From positions 124,001 to 188,000 of the forward strand of contig JABVCE010000041.1 in assembly GCA_014905635.1 (NCBI GenBank): a stretch of DNA of 64,000 nt, given 5' to 3'. The notes under the pieces were generated by a model. That model was not told where the DNA came from and did no database searches. It saw nothing but the letters and a program-made list of their open reading frames with translations. This DNA is from Scenedesmus sp. PABB004. Taxonomy: Eukaryota. The translations under genes and the position numbers were made by a program. Shown in pieces: positions 58,351 to 64,000 of the stretch; position 1 is the stretch's first letter; every line of letters starts with the position of its first letter.

Positions 58351-61300
58351 ATGCTCGTGCAACGGCAGCGCCCGGGGTGGCGCACTGCAGCGCCGGCGGC
58401 TCGGTGCCAGCTTCTGCTGCTCGTTGTGCTGCTGCTGCGCCGCGCCAGTGGCCTTGAGTTCGAGATCCGGGTCCCGCCGGGAGTGCAGACGAAGGGGGAG
58501 GACGCCTACGTCTGCACCACGCTGCAGCTCCCCGACGACCGCCCGCTGAAGCTGGTCGGCGTGGAGCCGCTGGCGCACGCGTCGGTCGTGCACCACATCC
58601 TGCTCTTCGGTGCGCGCGCCGCCGCCCGCCGCTGCAGCCTGCTGCCGCTGGCCTGCAGTCTGCCGCCGGCAGCCGGCCGGCGGCTGCAGCCTGCTGCCAC
58701 CGGCAGCCGGCTGCAGCCCCGCGCGCGCGTGGCTGAGCGCGCGCCGCCCGTGGGCGCAGGCTGCGACGTGCCGTATGTGCAGCCCAAGCCCGGCGAGCAG
58801 GCGGCGTGGGACTGCCGTTCGGCGCCCACGTGCGGCGGCGCGGCCGAGACGGTGCTTTATGGCTGGGGCTCCAACGCGCCGCGCCTGGACCTGCCCGCGG
58901 GCGTGGGCTTCAGCGTCGGCGCGGGCAGCGCCGTGACGTGGGTGGTGGCTCAGTTCCACTACCTCGCCGAGCGCCCGCCCGGCGACGCGTCCGGCGTGCG
59001 CCTCAAGTGAGCGGCCGCCGCGCACGGGCGATCGCCGGCGGCGGGCACCGGCCGCCGCAGCGCCGACGCCCCGCCCTCCGCCGCGCGCGCGCAGCCTGCA
59101 GGACGCACCGCTGCCGTTCAGCGGTGGGCTGCTGTCCTTTGCGAGCCGCTTCACCATCCCGCCGCGCAAGGCGCACCACGTGGTGTCCATTGACTGCTGC
59201 TACCGGGGCTTCCAGCCCCTCACCAGCTTTGCCGTGCGCGTGCACACGCACACGCTGGGCCGTGCCGTGTTCATGACCAAGGCTCACGCCGCGCCGGGAG
59301 GTGCGCGCATGCGGGCGACGCGGGGCTCGGGGCTGCCCGCGCGGCGGGCCAACCCCACCCTCCCTGCCGCCCGCCCGGCAGGCCACGGGCACGTCGTCGC
59401 CGCGGCGGACCCCCAGCAGCCCCAGGGCTTCCACCCTGTCGCGTCGGCCGTGCTCTGGCCGGGCGAAAGGCTGACCGTGGCTTGCGACTTTGACTCCAGC
59501 GACATGGCGGCCCCCGTGTCGGCAGGGCCGACCCACGCACACGAGATGTGCAACATGTGAGGCTGGGGAGGGGGGGGGGGGGGCTCAGCCCCAGCTTCGC
59601 GCGAGCCCTAGCCTACCGACCCGCCGCACACCGCCGCACACCGCTGCACACCGACGCGCCACGCGCCGCCGCCCCCCCCCCCCAGGTACCTCATGGTCTA
59701 CGGCGCGCTGCCGCACAGCGAGATGTGCGACGACGGCGCGTCGCTCGCGGACGAGGCGGCGCCGGGCAACATGCGCCGCGCGTCGGTGCTGCTGCCAGAC
59801 CCCTTTGTGCTCTGGGCGCCGCCCGCGCCCAGCACGCTCCTCAACCAGGTGCGCCGCGGCGGCCGCCGCCGCGCCTGCGCCGCGGCGCTGCGCGCCCCTG
59901 CCACGGCGCGGCCCCCGCTCGGTCAGGCTCAGGCCCGACCCGGCGCCGCTCGTGCCCCCGCCGCCGCCGCCGTCGTGCAGAGCGCGGTGGGCAGCGCAGC
60001 GTCCGTGGCGGTCGGCCCGGACGGCACGCTGTGGGCGCTGTTCCGCGGCGACCGCGTGTGGGCGGGTCACACGTTTGACGCGGACGACCGCGTGCTCTAC
60101 AAGGACGCGCTGCGCGGCGACGTGGTGGTGCAGATGCACGCAGACACGGGTGCGCGGCTGCGGGGGCGCGGCCGGCGGCAGGGCGCCGCGGCCGCCCAGC
60201 GGCGGCCGGCTGACGCGGCGTGCTGCCGCTGCACCTGCAGGCAAGGTGCTGCGCCACTGGGGCGGCGGCGTGTTTGTGCTGCCCCACGCGCTGGCGGTGG
60301 ACCGCAACAACAGCGTGTGGGTCGTCGACGCGGGGCGGCACCAGGTGCTCAAGTTCTCCGCCAGCGGGCAGCTCGAGCTGGCGGTCGGCAAGGCCTTCAA
60401 CCCTAGCAATGCGCGCTCCCTCTGCAAGCCCCGCGACGTGCGTTGCGCAAAGCCGCGGCGGCGGGGCCGGCGGCGGTGTGCGCTTTGGGGGGCAACCCCA
60501 GGCGCTCAGCCCGGCCATCGCTCAGCCCAGCCGCTGCCGCCACGCCGCAGGTGGCGGTGCTGAACGACGGCGGCTTTCTGGTCAGCGACGGCTGCAGCCC
60601 GCGCGTGGTGCGCTTCAACGCGGACGGCTCGCAGCACAGCGAGCTTGCGGTGCCCGCGGGGCGCGGCGCCGCGCCCGTGCTGCACAGCCTGGTCTTGGAC
60701 GAGTGCGACGGCCTGGTCGAGGTGGCGGACAGCGCCAACGCGCGCGTTCATCGCCTGCACCTGCCGACCGGCCGCCTCAAGAGTGAGTTGGCTGCCCCAC
60801 GCCGACCGGACCTCAGGGGGTGCGCCCCGGGCTTGTGCGCTGACGGGCCCACGCCGCACTGCGCGCGCCGCGCAGGCACGGTCCAGCTGCAGGAGCACGG
60901 CAGCGTGCGCGCGCTCGCCAAGGGCCCGTACGGGCGCACGATCGCGCTCGTGACGGTGCGCGAGGGCGAGGACGCGGCGCTCGTGGACGTGGGCGCCCCG
61001 GACATCAGCTGGCGGCTGCCAAACAGCAGCGCCCTGGCGCCGCACGACCTCGCGCTCGGCGCGGCGGCGCTGCCGCTCACGGGCGCGGGCGACCGGCTGC
61101 TCGCGGTCACGCTCGCGGCGCTGTGCCCTGGCTGCGGCCCGCTCGCCAAGTACGTGCTGGTGCCCAGCAGCTTTGAGCCCGAGGCTGCCAACGCCGCGTT
61201 GGCACCGCCTGCAGCTGCCGGCGCCGCGCGGCCCGCGCTCGCGCACCGGCATGCCGACGGCGCCGACGCGGGCGCCGGCGGCGTGCATGCGGGGGCGGCG

Positions 61301-61720
61301 GACGACGCGGCCGACGACGCGTCGGTGGAGGCGCGGGAGGCGGCCGCCGACGCGGAGGAGGCCGCGGCAATGGCCGACCCGGAGCTCGCGGCGCGACTGC
61401 GCGAACGGCTGGCGCACGTGCGAGCAGAGCTGGCCGCCGCGCGCGCGGGCGACGGCGCAGAGGCGGAAGCGTTCCGCACCCTGCGCCCGGGGCCGCGCCA
61501 GGCACGCAGCGCCGGCGGCGCTTTGGCCGCACTCGTGGCGGTGAGCGTCGCGCTCGGGCTGGCTGCAGGCGCGCTGGCCATGAGCGCCCTGCAGCGGCAC
61601 GCGCTGGCACCGGGGGGCGCGACTGGACAGGAACGGGAACCGCCGTTGTCTGTTGGCGGCGGCGACGCTGCGGCGCGCGCGGACGAGGGCGTGCGCCTGC
61701 TTGACGGCGGCCGGGTATGA
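58351..61720 (+). CDS. PAM: Peptidylglycine alpha-amidating monooxygenase (PHM + PAL/NHL + TM)
   Basis: CuH ligands VHHILLFG and QFHY; CuM ligands VHTHTLG and EMCNM|Y. NHL repeats (FVLPHALAVD...WVVDAGRHQVLKF, LCKPRD|VAV, VSDGC). TM ALAALVAVSVALGLAAGAL. Confidence 0.92.
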
Positions 61721-62865
61721 CAGGGCGACTCGTTGTGGCGTCATCTTCCGCCGCCTGCTCGCGGCCGCGCGCGTCAGCCCCCGGGGCGAGGCGGCCGCGC
61801 CGGCGCGCAGCAGGCGCCGGCGGCGAGAGTACTAATCCCTTTGTTTGAGGCTCTGCCTTGCGTGCTGCTTTGCTCGGTCGTGCTGCTCCGTCATGCGCCA
61901 CTTCCCACGCGGCACCTTGTGCTGCACCCTCCCCCCTCCTGCTGAGCAGTGCTGTCTTTGTTGCCAATGGACTGCCTTGGGCTGCCCGCGCGCGCGGCGC
62001 GGCGCTGAAAAGACAAAGATAGTTACACCACAGCTGAAAAGCACCCCTGCGCCTGACTGCTGCTCTGTGTATCGCTGCGCGCCGCGCAGTCATCTGGCCC
62101 AGGTGACTCTGGGTCGCCTCGCGCATGGCGCGCATCCGGCCTCTGTGCGAGGCTGCTTGCACGCGCTGCCGGCGCCGCTGCACGCCTCTGCCGCGCAGCG
62201 CCAGCTGGTTAGGGCCGGCGCTGCCCGGGCCGCCCACCGCAGGGCAACGGGCCTTGCTCGGCCCGCCGCCTGGCTTGTGCGCGTGTGTTGTTCTTGTTGC
62301 AGCCTGACTGCGTCGCATACCGCAGCTTGCGCGCCCCGAGCAGGCCGTTGCGTCCGCGGCGCGCGGGCGAGTGTCCGAGGGTGCCGGCTGCCAAGCTGGG
62401 AGGCCCCGGCTCGCCTGGCTTGGCAGCGGCGCTGTGGCGGCACGCGCCAGACCCGCGCGCTTGCCGCACACATTGCCTGAGCGGTCGCGACATTGGCGCG
62501 AGAGTGCGGCGGCCGCTCCCGCGCCGTCGACTGAGCCTGACTGCATGCGGTGTGGACCGGCTCGGCGCGGTGCGCCGCGCGGCCTTGCAACCGACTGCAC
62601 GCAGCAGCCGCAGCGCAAGCGCCGCGAGTTTAAGGGCCGCGCCCACCTCGCCGGGCGCCGGGGCTGAGCGAAGCGGTTCACGCGCGCCACCTGCCGCCGC
62701 CGCGGGCTGAGCGCAAAGGGAGCAGCCCCCGGGGCGCTTTGGCAGCCGCACACTGCTGCCCACCGCCCACGCGCGCAGCGCCGCCCGCCGTTTCGCACCC
62801 GCCGCCAGCGACCGCCCGACCCGCCGCGGCCCGCAGTCCACGTCGCGAGCCCCGCCCGCGCTGCG

Positions 62866-63488
62866 ATGGCCTCTCGCTCCGCAATCCGCGCCCTCGTGGC
62901 GCTGCTGGCGCTGGCGGGGGCCCACGGCGCCGCCGCGGGCGCCGCGCGCTTTGGCGCTGCCGGCGAGGCGCCGGTGCCCCGCCGGCTGCTCGGCGGGCTC
63001 TGGGAGTGAGCGGGGCATGGGGAGGGCTCACACCAGCGCCGGCGCGCCCGCCGAGGGCCCGCAGCGGCGGCGGCGGCGCATTGCAGCGCAGCGACGGCGC
63101 CGACCGAGAGCGTTCGCCCGCCGCTCGCAGGAAGTTCCACGCGCCCGCGCCCGCGCCGGCACCCGCGCCGGCGCCGATCATCATCATCACGCCCCCCGCG
63201 CAGCAGCAGGTCGTGGCGGCCCAGCCGGTCGTGGCCGCGCAGCCGGTCGTCGCCGCGCAGCCGGTCGTGGCCGCGCAGCCGGTCGTGGCGGCCCAGCCGG
63301 TCGTGGCCGCGCAGCCGGTCGTCGCCGCGCAGCCGGTCGTGGCCGCGCAGCCCGTCGTGGCCGCGCAGCCCGTCGTGGCCGCGCAGCCCGTCGTGGCGGC
63401 CCAGCCGGTGACGGTCAACACGCAGGTGAAGCAGACCAACATCCAGCTCGGCGGCGGTGGCGGCCAGGCGCACCCGTTCTTTGGCTGA
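62866..63488 (+). CDS. Small secreted (VVAAQP)11 precursor ending AHPFFG*, copy 2; exons 62866-63005 and 63131-63488
   Basis: Intact ATG, GT-AG intron and stop; same protein as copy 1. Confidence 0.8.
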
Positions 63489-63672
63489 GCGGCAGCGCGC
63501 GAGGCGGGCGGCTGGCGCGGCCGGTGTGGTGGCCAGAGTTGCACCTGCGGCGCGGGGGGGGGGGGGGGGCGGGTGAGCAAGACCACCGGCGCGCCGGCCA
63601 GGCGGCGCTGCGGCCGCGCCCTGCAACCGAGCGGTTGCTCCTGGGCACCCGCGCCCGCACCTCCGCGCGCGC

Positions 63673-63977
63673 TCAGAAGCCGTCCGTTGCGAGCAGGGCG
63701 TGCAAGGCCTCGACCACGCGCTGCCCCGCGAGGTCGAGGCTGGGGTCGGCGACCTTGGCCGCCAGCAGCGAGGCGACCGCGGCGCGCAGGTGCTTGATGA
63801 GCACGCCGACGCGCGCGGGCGCCTTGAACTTGGCCCACCCGTCCAGCAGCAGCAGGCCCTGGTCGTGCAGCACCTCCAGCTCCCCGCCAAACGCGAGCAG
63901 CGACCACACCGGGACCATGCTCACCTCGCGCGCAAACGCGCGGCTCGTCTCCACGAGCTGCGAGTACACCAGCCAGC
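63673..63977 (-). pseudogene. Duplicated last exon of the RNA helicase with a mutated splice acceptor
   Basis: Encodes WLVYSQLVETSR...LATDGF*. The acceptor cgcag|gctgg of the original reads cgcaagctgg here (change at 63978). Confidence 0.6.
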
Positions 63978-64000
63978 TTGCGCGCCGCGGGGTCAAGGGG

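Larger units (their letters stand above)
61741..64000. repeat. Inverted duplicate, right arm (runs off the window)
   Basis: Reverse complement of 41673-43939. Confidence 0.95.

Noticed and set aside
63471..63488. Predicted HPFF-amide resembles endomorphin-2 (YPFF-amide)
   Set aside because: A three-residue match is expected by chance, and there is no basic cleavage site just upstream to release a tetrapeptide.
61107..63890. 927-aa minus-strand ORF and many similar long Arg/Ala/Pro-rich ORFs (e.g. 4681-6858, 35058-37469, 42013-43848)
   Set aside because: Shadow frames caused by stop-codon scarcity at very high GC. They overlap better-supported genes and carry no motifs.
41673..64000. Inverted arms as terminal inverted repeats of a giant transposon
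   Set aside because: The arms consist of host gene fragments, and no transposase or integrase is recognisable between them.

Overview
Eukaryotic, extremely GC-rich, intron-dense DNA with chlorophyte green-algal character: short introns, CTGAC/CTCAC branch points, TGTAA poly(A) signals and plastid genes. Sphaeropleales-like origin is an inference. Most long six-frame ORFs are GC shadow frames, so real genes were rebuilt by hand across introns. Left to right: 3' part of an ABCG transporter; a gene fusing three CBM20 starch-binding domains, a 30-aa Trp/Arg tandem-repeat linker and a Rubisco-activase-like AAA+ domain (top finding, a candidate pyrenoid starch-Rubisco protein); SGF11; two divergent secreted proteins; an ion-transport-domain adenylate cyclase; two copies of an EF-hand gene (one frameshifted) bracketing a large VWA + 9xDUF11 + Cys-rich adhesin-like gene; a DHX57-like helicase; a small secreted (VVAAQP)11 precursor ending in Gly; a sulfotransferase-GT77 fusion; BASS4; an unknown protein; a PA-domain subtilisin; PAM; and an inverted copy of at least 2.2 kb that places a second copy of the Gly-ended precursor beside subtilisin and PAM. 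GC-AG introns are unusually frequent. No rRNA, tRNA, CRISPR or recognisable transposase was seen. All family calls rest on motif recognition only; no searches were run.
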